Assembly: GCA_047285535.1 (NCBI GenBank)
Contig: JBJBDC010000001.1
Location: forward strand, 832,136-896,135
Direction: 5' to 3'
Length of the DNA: 64,000 bases
Source of the DNA: Synechococcus sp.
GTDB taxonomy: Bacteria; Cyanobacteriota; Cyanobacteriia; PCC-6307; Cyanobiaceae
Of this stretch, positions 41,999 to 53,874 are shown in pieces. The first letter of the stretch is position 1. The number at the start of each line of letters is the position of its first letter. The translations under genes and the position numbers were made by a program. The notes below the pieces were generated by a model. It saw only the letters and a program-made list of their open reading frames with translations. It was not told where the DNA came from and searched no databases.

Positions 41999-42199
41999 TT
42001 AGATACGGACTTCCAACATCCTTGCTGAATCCATGCGTTCTGCTTCTCGTGAGAGAAATTCGTACCACATGCTCACCAGGACATTGAAAGTGTTGAGCGC
42101 CCGAATTTGCTCATCTGAACCGGGATCAGTGTACTTAAAATCCATAAACATTCGATCAGCAATGACCTGTTGCTCCTTACACCTTGTATCAATCGACAT
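41999..42199 (-). CDS. Small hypothetical protein
   Basis: Clean 66-aa ORF starting 3 bp after the upstream small ORF. Confidence 0.55.
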   Translation of the reverse strand: MSIDTRCKEQQVIADRMFMDFKYTDPGSDEQIRALNTFNVLVSMWYEFLSREAERMDSARMLEVRI

Positions 42200-42202
42200 T
42201 GA

Positions 42203-42337
42203 TCATCCCTGAGTTTGAGATTTCTTGACGACAGGGAGGTCAGAGGGCTGCACAAGAACAAAAATCACAGCAGCAGAAATGACTGCGGTGAAGCCAAGCA
42301 ATCCAATGAACGCAGTTATGCAGTCAACCATTGGCAT
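42203..42337 (-). CDS. 44-aa single-TM protein, not in the ORF track
   Basis: MPMVDCITAFIGLLGFTAVISAAVIFVLVQPSDLP... Confidence 0.5.
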   Translation of the reverse strand: MPMVDCITAFIGLLGFTAVISAAVIFVLVQPSDLPVVKKSQTQG

Positions 42338-44419
42338 ACTTCATGAAGTCACGCAAAGAGCCTAGTCTTTTCGTGAAGAATTGTAAACAGACTGATCGCT
42401 GGATCAGCTTAAGTGCTTACACACTTGATCCGAGCACTCCAAGACTGCGCAGCGGTTCAGGCGGACCTACAAACATCACTGAACTGTCCCAGCTATCAGA
42501 GCACTCTTAAGGAAGCAGGAGCCCCTGGCTTTAGTACGGCCCCGTTGCAACACGATGCTTGTACAAGTAGATCAGACGATTGCATTGATCACGATTGGCA
42601 CATGGCGAAGGGATCTAGCCATAGGAGCAAGCAGGCATCCAAGAATTGCAGGGGCAACCGGATACTCCCAGCCTCAGACGAGAAGGAGAGACGAATGCAG
42701 TCAGGCCTTGAGGGTGAGCTGATCTGACCTGCATTCACTGGATGGCATGCCCTTCTCATGCCTGACAATCCATGGCACATGGCGTCGATCGTTCGTTTAG
42801 TCGCAATGGAGACATCCAACAGCTGTCTCGAAGATTAATTTTCTTTTTTGACAAATACTTGTTATGGGATTTCTGCTTGTCGCTGGTTGCATGGCTTTAG
42901 CAGCCGTCATGTCTGCATCGTTAACCGAGAAAAACTGATCTAGATTCGAAATCATCCAATCACATGTTTTGATGTTTTTGTTCCAAGCAGGAGCAACTCA
43001 TCACTGTAGTCCTACAATTTTTTGAATCACTACCGATCACACACGGCGTATCAGCTTCAAAGAATTCTGTTGATTAAAGCTCCATCTAATTAACCACAAT
43101 GCTTAGCATCCAAAAATTTTGGAAGCCACATTATTTTTCATTATCCAATCAAAGCTGGGACCTAAAAATTTCTCTCGTACTTCTTCTTCCTGCCATAGGA
43201 ACCAGGAGTGTAGAAACCCATGAAAACCAGCATTTTTGTAATATCGCTCCTCCCGGCAAAGAGATTGCCCCTCATTGGATTGATTTGTCATTATCAGACA
43301 AGAGAAGCCGACACAGGCTTTTAATTTACTCAATCGCTTGACAATTCAGGCACGACGGATTCACCCTTATCTGAAGCATATTTTATATCTTGCAAGGGAT
43401 GCGAAATCTCCTTATTGACATACAACTCTTTGATCTCACTTAACTCAATAAGCAACCGTTCAGCACGGCTATTTTGATCACTAATCGAGTGATGATCCAA
43501 TAAATGGACTCAAAATTGGGTAAGGCACCCAACCAAGACCCAGGGTTCCAGCAACCAGCAATTGTCCTGACGGCCACGACATCGCACAAAGCCTTGGCGT
43601 TTAGCCTAGGCATCCCAAAAAGACCAATGGAATCACCTGAACGCAATGTACCGTTTTCGTAGACATTCCTCCTCGCACCGTCCAAAATGACGCGTGCCAA
43701 ACCATCGCCTGCCATAAGCATCCCGAACAATTGCTGATCAATAGAGCAGAGGGTGACTTGTATATCTTCAATCTTTTAGCCAAATCTTCTTAATCGCTAA
43801 TGCATTGGATGATGCTTATGAAACAGCAGGCATCCATTTTGCAGCAAATTAACATCACCTGCGTTTGCGATGAGACCGATTCGCAACAATGCAGCTTTGG
43901 CTTGAATAGCAGGGGAGTATCGAGAGCATTGCACGCAGAATAGAGACACCTAGCTTTCGTTACTGCAGTCGATCGTGACTACCTGATGGATATCATTGAC
44001 AGCAGATCTTCCTCAGCAGCCCACATCCATGGACCTGAGCAGCCGTTTTCTCTAGCGGAATGGGCAAGGCAGGCTTGAGTCGCACATCAGACTAGATATG
44101 GCAGAAACGCATTGCAAACTCAGTCGCGAAAAAGAAGAACCTGTTGCCCCACGAGATGGACAGCTGTTCTTTGTATCTGGAGCCCATCGGTGAAGTTTCC
44201 AGCATCGATGTTCATCAGCCCCAGCGAGGAGTTGTCCTTCAGCACTGGTGTTGAGGACTTGTCTTAAGTCACTCCTTCAGATGTTGCAGAAGTTTTCTCC
44301 CTATCGAGTGGTTGAGTACGCCCGCATGATTGAAGAGCCGGATTGGCCCTCGATCACCGATGTCCCATCGTGGTGAACAACCACGATGGGCTCAGGTCTC
44401 GCAGAATGGTCCCATGGCG

Positions 44420-46495
44420 ATGCCCCGTCTTCATCCCCGCACCATCGACGCCGTCAAGGAGCGAGCCGACATCGTCGATGTGATCGGTGAGCACGTGGTG
44501 CTCAAAAAGAAAGGTCGAGAGTTCGTTGGCGTTTGCCCGTTTCATGACGACAGCAAGCCCTCGATGACGGTGTCTCCGCAGAAGCAGTTTTATTACTGCT
44601 TCTCTTGCGGAGCAGGAGGAAACTCCATCAAGTTTTTGATGGAGTTTCAACGCCAGAGCTTCAGCGATGTTGTACTGGATTTAGCGCGTCGATACCAACT
44701 CCCTGTAGAGACGGTTGATGGACCGCAACAGGAGCGACTTCGTCAACAACTGTCAAGGCGTGATCAGTTGCATCGTGCTTTGGCTCTTGCCTCAGGTTGG
44801 TTTCGCAGTCAGCTGAAGAGTTCTTCCGGCGCTGACGCCCTGACTTATCTTCGCGATCAGCGTGGCTTGAGCGAAGCCACGATGGAGTCCTTTCAGCTCG
44901 GCTACGCCCCCGATCAATGGGACGGATTGATCAAGCATCTTCAACACGTTGAGGGCCTATCGCCCGACCTACTCGAATCTGCGGGCCTGGTTGTTCCCAG
45001 GAAGGGGGGAAACGGATTTTATGATCGCTTTCGTGGTCGAGTCATGGTTCCGATCCGCGATCGACAGGGCCGGGTCATTGGATTTGGAGGAAGAAGTCTT
45101 GATGGCAGTGATCCGAAATACCTGAACTCACCAGAAACGGAAGTCTTTGAGAAGGGAAAACATCTATTTGGTCTGGACCAGGCGGCCAATGCGATCCGAA
45201 AAGACGATCGAGCTGTCGTCGTAGAGGGCTATTTCGATGTCATTGCACTGCATGCGGCTGGCATCACAAATGCGGTCGCCTCTCTTGGCACGGCTCTCAG
45301 CGGACAGCAGATCACCCAGCTTTGCCGGTGCAGTGATGGCAAGCGGATCGTTCTCAATTTTGATGCTGACCGAGCAGGAATCAGAGCTGCCAACAGGGCA
45401 ATCGGGGAGGTAGAGCAGCTTGCTCTTCAAGGACAACTGGAGCTGCGAGTGCTTCACACGCCCTCCGGCAAAGATCCGGATGAGTACTTAAAAGACCACG
45501 GCGCCGGTGACTATCGCGCTTTGCTCGATCAGGCTCCTCTTTGGCTCGATTGGCAGATCGAGCAAGTCCTCGAAGACCGTGATTTAAGTAAGGCTGATCA
45601 GTTTCAACAGGCCGTCAGTGGTTTGGTGGAGCTGTTGGGCAAGCTCCCTCAGTCGGCCATTCGGACTCATTACCTGCAGCAAGTCGCGGAGAGATTGAGT
45701 GGAGGCCAAGGCCGTTTGGCGTTGCAGTTGGAGCAAGATCTGCGCCAGCAGGTTCAGGGGCAGCGCTGGCATGGACGTTCCGCTCGGCATGAAAAGGCTG
45801 GAGAAATCAGCCAGCGAGAGCGCTGCGAAGCTGAGATCCTTCGCATTTACTTGCATTGTCCGATTCATCGCGCCCGGGTGCGCCTCGAATTACGGCAACG
45901 GGAATTGGAGGATTTCGCCCTGCAGCATCACCGTCTGCTGTGGTCCACGATCACAGATCTTGAGGAGGGCAACATCGGATCAGAACGGCTAGAGGCGATC
46001 AGCAGGGGCAAGGACCCTGGTCAAGAATTGGCCGATCTTGATCTTCCACGATTGCTCACCGATCAGTTGCTGCTGGAAAACAGTGACTTAGTAACCCGGC
46101 TAACACCGCTGCTAGAACCCGCTGAACTTCAGCGCCTGGCCCTGGCCCGTCCAATGGAGGTCTTACGTGGCACCGCTGCAATTCTGGAACGTCAGAAGAG
46201 TCATAAGCGCTGCCGTCATTTGCTTGAGGCCTGGGGTGGACAAAGGCTCGAGACCCTGGAGCGCTGTATCGCCTCGCTGATTGCCGATGAACAGGAGCAG
46301 GCGGGCGCGGGAGAAAAGGTGGATATGGAAGGCCGTATTCAAACGATGTTCGAACAGCTGAATGCAGATGCTCTTCGATTGCAAGAGCTCTATTACTCCG
46401 AAAGGAAGCACATTCAGCATCTTGATCAACAGCGCTGCGCTGGTTATGAGGTTGCTGTTGCTTCCCCCCCCGAATCCACGCCTCCAGCAGCTTGA
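44420..46495 (+). CDS. dnaG: DNA primase
   Basis: CPFHDD...CFSC zinc finger, DRFRGR, KYLNSPET, VVEGYFDVI, GKDPDE. Confidence 0.97.
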   Translation: MPRLHPRTIDAVKERADIVDVIGEHVVLKKKGREFVGVCPFHDDSKPSMTVSPQKQFYYCFSCGAGGNSIKFLMEFQRQSFSDVVLDLARRYQLPVETVDGPQQERLRQQLSRRDQLHRALALASGWFRSQLKSSSGADALTYLRDQRGLSEATMESFQLGYAPDQWDGLIKHLQHVEGLSPDLLESAGLVVPRKGGNGFYDRFRGRVMVPIRDRQGRVIGFGGRSLDGSDPKYLNSPETEVFEKGKHLFGLDQAANAIRKDDRAVVVEGYFDVIALHAAGITNAVASLGTALSGQQITQLCRCSDGKRIVLNFDADRAGIRAANRAIGEVEQLALQGQLELRVLHTPSGKDPDEYLKDHGAGDYRALLDQAPLWLDWQIEQVLEDRDLSKADQFQQAVSGLVELLGKLPQSAIRTHYLQQVAERLSGGQGRLALQLEQDLRQQVQGQRWHGRSARHEKAGEISQRERCEAEILRIYLHCPIHRARVRLELRQRELEDFALQHHRLLWSTITDLEEGNIGSERLEAISRGKDPGQELADLDLPRLLTDQLLLENSDLVTRLTPLLEPAELQRLALARPMEVLRGTAAILERQKSHKRCRHLLEAWGGQRLETLERCIASLIADEQEQAGAGEKVDMEGRIQTMFEQLNADALRLQELYYSERKHIQHLDQQRCAGYEVAVASPPESTPPAA

Positions 46496-46548
46496 TGAAT
46501 TGGCGTTACCGCTAACAATCTGGGGGTTTGATCTAAGAGCATCCCTTG

Positions 46549-48819
46549 TCAAAGCTGGGGAGCAGAGGCTGGTGCTGGTGCTCTCAGCAAAACGGGCACG
46601 CGTTTGAATGCTGGGGTACCGCTCACTGGATCCGCGGTACCTCGCATCAACACATTGGCTTCCGGATAAAACATCAACCCGCAACCCCGACGGATGGATC
46701 CAGGAATCAATTGAATCTCTTCCAGTCGACCCGCTTCACCCTGAACCGTGACCCTTTCATGAGCCACCAGACCAGCGGCCAGAAGATCCTCCGGATTGAT
46801 CAGTAGCGTCTGTCGATGTGGCATGCCGCGATAGCGATCGGCGGATTTGTACACCACTGTGTTGTGTTGGCCATAACTACGAGCCGTGATGAGATTCAGA
46901 AGAAGACCACGCTCACCGTGAGCCAACCCTCCAAAATGATCAACCGAGGGGAGGCTGAGATCTGGCAACGGCGTCAAGGCCAACTGAGCTCGACCATTAG
47001 CAGTCGAGAAGTGCGGAGTCTGAAACACTCTTCCACTCACTTCAAACTCACGACTTGCTGTATCCATCTCCGCCATCGCCGCATATCCAGGAACAGTGCG
47101 AGCAATCAACGCGCGGACGTAAACAGGGTCCTGAAGTCCCCGCCAGTCGATGGGATCAGCACCAAACAAACGGTGGGCCAACTCAGCCAAAAAAACCACT
47201 TCACTGGTGAGCTGGGCATCACGCAGATGGGTGCTGCCCGGCTCATTCAGCCGCACCCAGTTGTTGCCGGATTCCACTGTTGTGCGATGCGGCGATTCAA
47301 ATCTGTTGAACACCGGCAAGAGCAACGTTGTCCGAGCCGCAAGGCCTTGAAAATGCCCAAGATTGGGTTTGGTGGCGAGGTAGGCAATGGTGTCGACCTG
47401 ACCAAGAGCACGACGGGCCTGAGTGCTATCGGGATTGGCTCCGTAAAGATTGCCACCTAGACAAAGCAAGGTCTGCACCACACCCCGGTCTGCCGCCTCA
47501 ATCAAATCACGAGCGTGATACCCAGGCGTAGGGCTCATCGGGCGCCCGAGCAAAGCTTCTAACGCCTGTCGCATCGGTTCTCGCAACCGCACCGAAACGC
47601 CCATCGAGCCAAATCCCTGCACATTCGAGTGACCGCGAATCGGCATCGTTCCCGCCCCAGGGCGGCCAACATTGCCACTCAAAACAGCTGAATTGGCAAT
47701 AGCACGCACATTGCTTGTGCCATTGGCATGATGCGTGATGCCCATCGCCCAGGCAAACACCACGGCACGGCAATCTGCTAATCGAGCAGCGGTGTGTTCA
47801 AGCTCTTCACGACTGAGACCGCAGCAATCCGTGATCGACTCCCAGCTGGTGGTCTGAATCTGTTCCAGCAATAACTCCCAGCCGTCACTATGGGCCTTCA
47901 CAAAGTCCCAGGCGATGGAACCACTCTCCAACCAAGCTTTTTGAAATCCAAGAAACACTGCGGTATCTGAGCCTGGGATCGGCTGCAAAAACAAAGAAGC
48001 GATCTCACTACCACGCAACAAGGAGCGAATCGGAAATGCAGGTGAACCAAATTTGAGAAGACCAGCCTCCAAAACAGGGTTGATCACCACTACGGTTCCA
48101 CCACGATTTCTGAGGCGAATCAACTCATTCATCAAGCGCGGATGGTTCGCCGGAGCATTGGAACCGACCAACACGACTCCATCCGCATGACGGAGGCTCT
48201 CTAAGCTCACATTTGAAGTGCCGCTTCCAAAGACCCGAGTGAGGCCCACACTCGATGGGGCATGGCAGAGATCGGAGCAATCGGCGAGATTGTTCGACCC
48301 ATACGCACGCATCAGCAGTTGGAGCAGATAGGCAGCTTCATTGGATGAACGCCCAGAGCTGTAGGACGCCACTCGCTCCGCAGGCGCAGAAAGGAAAGCA
48401 GCGGCTAGGAGGTCATAAACCTCTTCCCAACTGATCGGCTCGTAGAAATCCTCTCCAGCTCGATGAATCAAAGGACGATCCAGGCGACCGAGCCGGTCAC
48501 ATGACGCTGAATCCATCTGCTGCAGCTCCGTCAGAGTGAGACGGTCAAAAACATCAGGAGGAACTGCTGACTGAAGTTCAGCATGGATTGCCTCAACACT
48601 CTTCAAACAGCGCTGGAGGGGTTCACCAAGTTCATCGCGAAAACCACCGTTCTGACCTCCAGTTCCCCATGCACATGAGAGACATGCACTGTTGTGATTT
48701 AGCGTTTTCCACAGTCTTGTGCCCCGTCGTCCCAATGACGCCTTTGCCCAGCCTGCAATCAGAGGCCATCCCCCACCCGTAACCTCTTCTCCTGGTGATT
48801 CGCCTCCTTGGATCTTCAT
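46549..48819 (-). CDS. FdhF/YdeP-family molybdopterin oxidoreductase
   Basis: CLSCAWG, YSSGRSSNEAAY, NLADCSDLCH, PIRGHSNVQG, TARSYGQHNT, GTPAFK. Confidence 0.9.
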   Translation of the reverse strand: MKIQGGESPGEEVTGGGWPLIAGWAKASLGRRGTRLWKTLNHNSACLSCAWGTGGQNGGFRDELGEPLQRCLKSVEAIHAELQSAVPPDVFDRLTLTELQQMDSASCDRLGRLDRPLIHRAGEDFYEPISWEEVYDLLAAAFLSAPAERVASYSSGRSSNEAAYLLQLLMRAYGSNNLADCSDLCHAPSSVGLTRVFGSGTSNVSLESLRHADGVVLVGSNAPANHPRLMNELIRLRNRGGTVVVINPVLEAGLLKFGSPAFPIRSLLRGSEIASLFLQPIPGSDTAVFLGFQKAWLESGSIAWDFVKAHSDGWELLLEQIQTTSWESITDCCGLSREELEHTAARLADCRAVVFAWAMGITHHANGTSNVRAIANSAVLSGNVGRPGAGTMPIRGHSNVQGFGSMGVSVRLREPMRQALEALLGRPMSPTPGYHARDLIEAADRGVVQTLLCLGGNLYGANPDSTQARRALGQVDTIAYLATKPNLGHFQGLAARTTLLLPVFNRFESPHRTTVESGNNWVRLNEPGSTHLRDAQLTSEVVFLAELAHRLFGADPIDWRGLQDPVYVRALIARTVPGYAAMAEMDTASREFEVSGRVFQTPHFSTANGRAQLALTPLPDLSLPSVDHFGGLAHGERGLLLNLITARSYGQHNTVVYKSADRYRGMPHRQTLLINPEDLLAAGLVAHERVTVQGEAGRLEEIQLIPGSIRRGCGLMFYPEANVLMRGTADPVSGTPAFKRVPVLLRAPAPASAPQL

Positions 48820-49254
48820 TTGGACGAACAGGTGACAATTCCACCAACAAATTAGATGGCTTGTGTTGATTAAACCGTCAAATTTCTCATAAACAATCCA
48901 TGAAATACTGAAACCTCTCTAGCTTATGGACGTTTAGTCCAGGCAAAAGGAGAGGCACGTTCTCCCCCTTGGCCAAATCTTTCCGAGGCCGCTTGACCGC
49001 TCCACTTGTTTCGCAATGGTCTTAGGGCTCCTGGGCCTTCCTTCAACAACCGTTCCGCATCCTCCATGGCGTCGCGCGGATGCTTTCATCCGCTAGGCAA
49101 ACAACAAGGAAAAAGGGATGATTGAATCAAGACCTTCTCCTGAATGCAGACTTGATCAATCCGAGTCGGCGCCAGTTTGACCTGACTCCTTGCAAGGACG
49201 AGAGTTGCCCTGAGCTTCTACCCACCCGCAATCAACTTCTAATTCACAACAACG

Positions 49255-49512
49255 ATGTCTGAATTTTTTGAAACGATCTGGCATGGAGAAGGAATCGGGG
49301 ATGGCGGCAATCTTGATGAAGCCCTTCAGGCCTATGTGGCTGTGAAGCCAGACAACAACGATTGGATTGAGGCTTGTTCCGCAGAGGGTGCGAATCCCCA
49401 TATCGAGCGCTTCGCTTCCTTCGATTCCTATCTCGACAATGAAGATGCTCTTGAACGCATTCCCGTGACTCCACAAATGATTGCTGTTGCAATTGAACAA
49501 TTACCGGTTTAA
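49255..49512 (+). CDS. Conserved picocyanobacterial acidic hypothetical protein
   Basis: Clean 85-aa ORF FFETIWHGEGIGDGG...FASFDSYLDN. Confidence 0.7.
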   Translation: MSEFFETIWHGEGIGDGGNLDEALQAYVAVKPDNNDWIEACSAEGANPHIERFASFDSYLDNEDALERIPVTPQMIAVAIEQLPV

Positions 49513-50028
49513 GGCCTGCTCCAACTATGGATTTTTCAAATTTCAGGAAAACGAGAATTACTTCCAAAACCATTACCAAATCAAAGGCAGAAAAATTCTT
49601 TCCGCAATGAAGATCACGTCTGGCTTTGCTTTTGAATCTGCTCAATCAGATCCCGCTCTCCTCTGAATCACTTAACGATCCCATTTGTCAGCGAAAGGAT
49701 GTGTATCTCGACAACCAACTTGCAATGGGCCACGAATCGCATGACGCTATTGATAGTCATTTTGCTTACTACATCCTCAGGCTGAAACTGAAGACTGACA
49801 TTCTCATCGATGCCCCAACCAAACCCTACTGGCCATTGCTGCTGTGCTTACCGCAGGCTTGACTACAGAAAGTAAGGCTTTTAGCGCAAAAACAGTTTTC
49901 ACCAAGAGAACCAATCAATCCTCGGAACCACCGCTAGGCAATTCAGTCATGGCGATGATCCCAGATCCCAATCATGGGCAGGCGCGATCCCGGTCACGAA
50001 GAAGAAGCCGCACCCAATCCAGACCTCA

Positions 50029-50044
50029 TAGTAACTTTGTATTA
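50029..50044. promoter_or_regulatory. Putative LexA box upstream of DUF1651 pseudogene
   Basis: TAGTAAC-tt-TGTATTA versus TAGTACA-N2-TGTACTA. Confidence 0.45.
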
Positions 50045-50061
50045 TATGACCACTGGGTGGT

Positions 50062-50306
50062 GTGGAGGGTTGGCTGACTGACGCAAACGGCTACTGGAGC
50101 AAGCGCTTTCATCAAGGAGAACGTTCGTGACCTCTGATCCGAAGATCTTTGTTGACGCTGGACGTGCCATGCAAGATGGCCAGCAAGCACTACTCAAAAG
50201 CAGGCAGCACATGAGACGAGTGGATGCCGAAAAACTCAGGAAACACTGACGCAAGCAAGGGTGGCAGAAGGTCACTCCACGGCAGGGAAGCCCTGTGGAG
50301 CCATAA
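50062..50306 (+). pseudogene. DUF1651-family pseudogene
   Basis: VEGWLTDANGYWSKRFHQGERS / frameshift / TSDPKIFVDAGRAMQDGQQALLKSRQHMRRVDAEKLRKH*RKQGWQKVTP. Confidence 0.7.
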
Positions 50307-50344
50307 AAAAAGACGGTCATTAAACACCAGCCCGTCTTTTTTGA
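50304..50344. terminator. Bidirectional terminator hairpin
   Basis: aaaaaagacgg...ccgtctttttt. Confidence 0.7.
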
Positions 50345-50942
50345 TTTGAAGCCTTGTCTTCCCCCCAGGCTTCATGGTCATTATGTATCTTCTGGAACCT
50401 ATCTGTCCGTAGACATTTTTGCTCATCGTTAACACTTCTGGGGAAGGCTGCTTTGGTTGATCGATGTGCTTGTGATTAGTTAGCGCACAACAGCCTGATC
50501 AAGCCTTGAACAGCCAACTGCGCTACCCCTTAGAGCTAACAGAATGACTAATGAACAAATGAGAAATTAATCATCCATAGCGCCACTAACAGGTGCGTAA
50601 TAAATCATTAAATCTCGTTAAAATACTAACCAGAACACAGTTTTACCATGACTTCATAGGTCACAGAAGAGCAGGCAATATGCAGTTACCAATAGAGCAT
50701 GCACTGGTTCATATAGAACTCAACAAAGCCCCCACGTGTTTGTCAATAGCACCATAAGCAAGACTTAAAGAAGGAAATTCAATGAAAGAAAAAAGATCTC
50801 ATCCGTGATGACCAATATCAGACTCTTCGAAACACGTCACCTTGAAGGCGATTGACACTCAATTCTTCTGACATTAAGTCCTGCAATTATTCAACGGTCA
50901 TGACGGTTGCATGACTAACATACTTACAAATATCCTAAGAGC

Positions 50943-51170
50943 ATGCAGCATTATTTACTCAGTATCTTTGCAGGCGTTGGTGGTGTTGCCCTAGTGATTG
51001 TAGCCTGTCAAACTATTGTGTTCATGGAACAAGCGATTGAGGAGATGCACTACAGGGAGACATGTGCAAGACATTTAAGCGATAGCAAGTCTTCAGATGC
51101 ATTGATACTGAAGAAATTAGGACTTAAAGAAAATGTGTCTATATCTAAATTCTGCAATCACTATGATTAG
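50943..51170 (+). CDS. Small membrane-anchored hypothetical protein
   Basis: N-terminal TM segment, two Cys in the C-terminal part. Confidence 0.5.
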   Translation: MQHYLLSIFAGVGGVALVIVACQTIVFMEQAIEEMHYRETCARHLSDSKSSDALILKKLGLKENVSISKFCNHYD

Positions 51171-52437
51171 ATGGCAAGATAGATGGATATTCAGCCATGA
51201 CAGCAGCCTGATGCAGTGATGAATCAAGATCACCATGCTTCCCCATAACGACTGTCTCACCATTAGAAGCTCAACAACCAAAGCCTTTCAATCGTTTGCA
51301 GCATTGTGGATTGCTCTATTTGTTGAAGCTTGAATCAGCATTTAGGTCTGATCACGCCCCTCACTCTGAACAGAAGAGGAGCCGCTCAGGCATAGAAGAA
51401 CCCAATTTCACAATTAAGCAAAAACCTGCTTGCTGAATTAGCAATCAAACATCGTAGCTTCATCGAGATAAACAAATAACGAGCACACAAAGAAATCCAC
51501 CGAAGCATACCTGTGCAAGAGATAAAGCGAAATCCACAACACATCCAAGGCTAGAACTTCTGTTTCACAGCCGTAGTGCCTGTGATAATTCACTGCATAA
51601 CGGATCCATCGCATTAACAATGCATAGATGTACATCAATTTTTCATTTCCAAACGTATAAACGCATGCAAGGAGAATTTGTATTCCAAAAATGAAGACAG
51701 CATGCGTAAGTTTCAGTTAGCAGCGGCAGAGAAAAACGTGACTATTCCAAAATAATAATACTACTCATGCCATCAACAAGGGCGATCCTCTCTCGCTAAA
51801 TTCAAACAGAAGGTTGGCAAAACTTGTGCGATAATGACAACAAAGACGTGTCATCAATCAATAACTCAAAATGCAAACTTATAACTCTTTGAGATCACAA
51901 TCGCATTGGAGGCGCAAGTAAACATGCAGAGAATAAATCGACAGACGCTCCACTACTTACAATCACCAAAACGATTCCAACCCTTCATACGATTACGATG
52001 CATTTCCCACAAGATTTAGCGGCAATATGCGTCACCATGATTTTCATTCTTTGACGAGTTAAAGAAGTACATCAAACAGAGAACTTCATCTATTTTTACC
52101 ATATAGTCCTTAGCATTATGTTGATGGATCTAGTAGCACTCAATACTTAGACAACCAGCCAAATCAAACCAACCTTCAAAAGACCGATTAAGAACCCTTC
52201 GCAATAAGAGAATGCGTACTCCTTTGTGATGTCAAGTGCTTTAGGCCAAGGGTCAACTGGACATTGATTTGTGTTGAAGACCTACAAACCATAATCATCA
52301 ACCTAAGAAAGCAAGGACGAATGAGGCTAATTTAACGTCCATCCGTTCTTTCTCATCCGGTCGCTATTGGCCTTGGCTTCTAATACTTTAAATCAGAGTG
52401 ACGCTCAATTTGGCAGGGAGTGAACTCGAATTGCCAG

Positions 52438-52929
52438 TCATCGGTAGGCGAGAAGAATCTGTATCGAAGCGCCAGCCATCGCCAATAACAGGATTGGTCT
52501 GTTGAGGTTTTGCCAGGTCTTATTACCATGGGCGATGGCTTCCCACGTGTGATTGAGTGCTGAAAGGACAAAGAAGCCGCCTATTAAGACGACATACAAA
52601 AGAAACGCTCCCGCGTCTGTCGTGGGGGTTGCCGCCCAGCCAACTCCGACGATGGTCGCAGAGAGAAACCACATCGTGTTCTGACGGTGATACGGATTAA
52701 TTCTTCCCTCCGGCGATGTGTCATAGCCTTTTTCCTTGGCTGACGCCTTCGCAAGGAACAGTCCCTCAAACGCGCAGGTTCCACAAAGTGCGATCGCGTA
52801 GGTCAGGGCCAAAATTCGAATTGCATTGACTGATGGCGGATTGTCAAGAGCTCCGTAAGCCAGCGAAAAGCCAACAGCGGCGCCAAAAATCCGCACTGCC
52901 TCAACAAGCTTGACCCAGCGGCTACCCAT
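52438..52929 (-). CDS. Hypothetical multi-TM membrane protein
   Basis: About five hydrophobic segments; GC-richer than its flanks. Confidence 0.7.
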   Translation of the reverse strand: MGSRWVKLVEAVRIFGAAVGFSLAYGALDNPPSVNAIRILALTYAIALCGTCAFEGLFLAKASAKEKGYDTSPEGRINPYHRQNTMWFLSATIVGVGWAATPTTDAGAFLLYVVLIGGFFVLSALNHTWEAIAHGNKTWQNLNRPILLLAMAGASIQILLAYR

Positions 52930-53130
52930 CGTTCACATTCAACACAGCTCATTGTCAGCCATTTGACTGCACCTGTCCGAAAATATTTTCTTCAAACATT
53001 ATCTTAAACAGTAGAGGCCATTGATTTTGGCAATTCTTTTCAACAACTGGGCTCACAACGATGCATATTATGACTGATGCTAAATTAACCTTGTCATTGC
53101 ACAATTAGCAGTTTGATTCCTGATCCAACT

Positions 53131-53412
53131 ATGGATTTTTCAGAGTGCACCCCTGTCAATCATCTGTGGCCTGCTCTTGTGGAGCGCCTGGGTTCTGAAA
53201 AAGCACAGCAGGCAGTTCGTCAAGCCCTAGATCTTCAAGGGATGAGCGGGCAAAGAGGCAGTTTGCCTGTACTATTTGTGGAAACATGTGGTTTAGCCTT
53301 AGCCAGCAGTGATTTACTGCGTGAGCAAACAGGTCTCAACGGTCATGGACATCGCATGGTGCTTCTCTTCAGCCGTCGAGAGCAATGCCTACAGTTGCTG
53401 CAACAGGCATAA
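53131..53412 (+). CDS. Conserved picocyanobacterial hypothetical protein
   Basis: LWPALVERLG...QALDLQGM...LFVETCG. Confidence 0.7.
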   Translation: MDFSECTPVNHLWPALVERLGSEKAQQAVRQALDLQGMSGQRGSLPVLFVETCGLALASSDLLREQTGLNGHGHRMVLLFSRREQCLQLLQQA

Positions 53413-53874
53413 ACAATCTCCAACAAGCCGTGTCTTCTAAATGCATTCTGCGTGGTTTATAACTGTTTTGAGGACAGGAATGTGAGCATCAATGAATGAC
53501 TGATTCTCGCATTCAACACATAGGACTCGAGACACAACGATCCACTTCCATCAATCTCCATACACAGAAAAATGAGAACATCTGATCTTTAAATATAGAC
53601 AGTTAAATCTCATCGACATGATCAAATCTTTTGGTTTTGGCCTATCACTCAACCCAAGAAAGACAACTCAAAACCAAGCTCTCCAAGACACAACAAGCGC
53701 TTATAGAATGCATACTTTAAACATTTACACTCAGTGCAGAAGATTATTCCCCTTCTATCTAATAGCATTTAAGCCCCTATTTTCGAGTGTTGAATTGCAT
53801 GATTCATGAGCATCACCCGATCAGCCGAGCAGATTCAGGTGCCATGCATTTCATCTCGACAAACCCAGTAAGGA

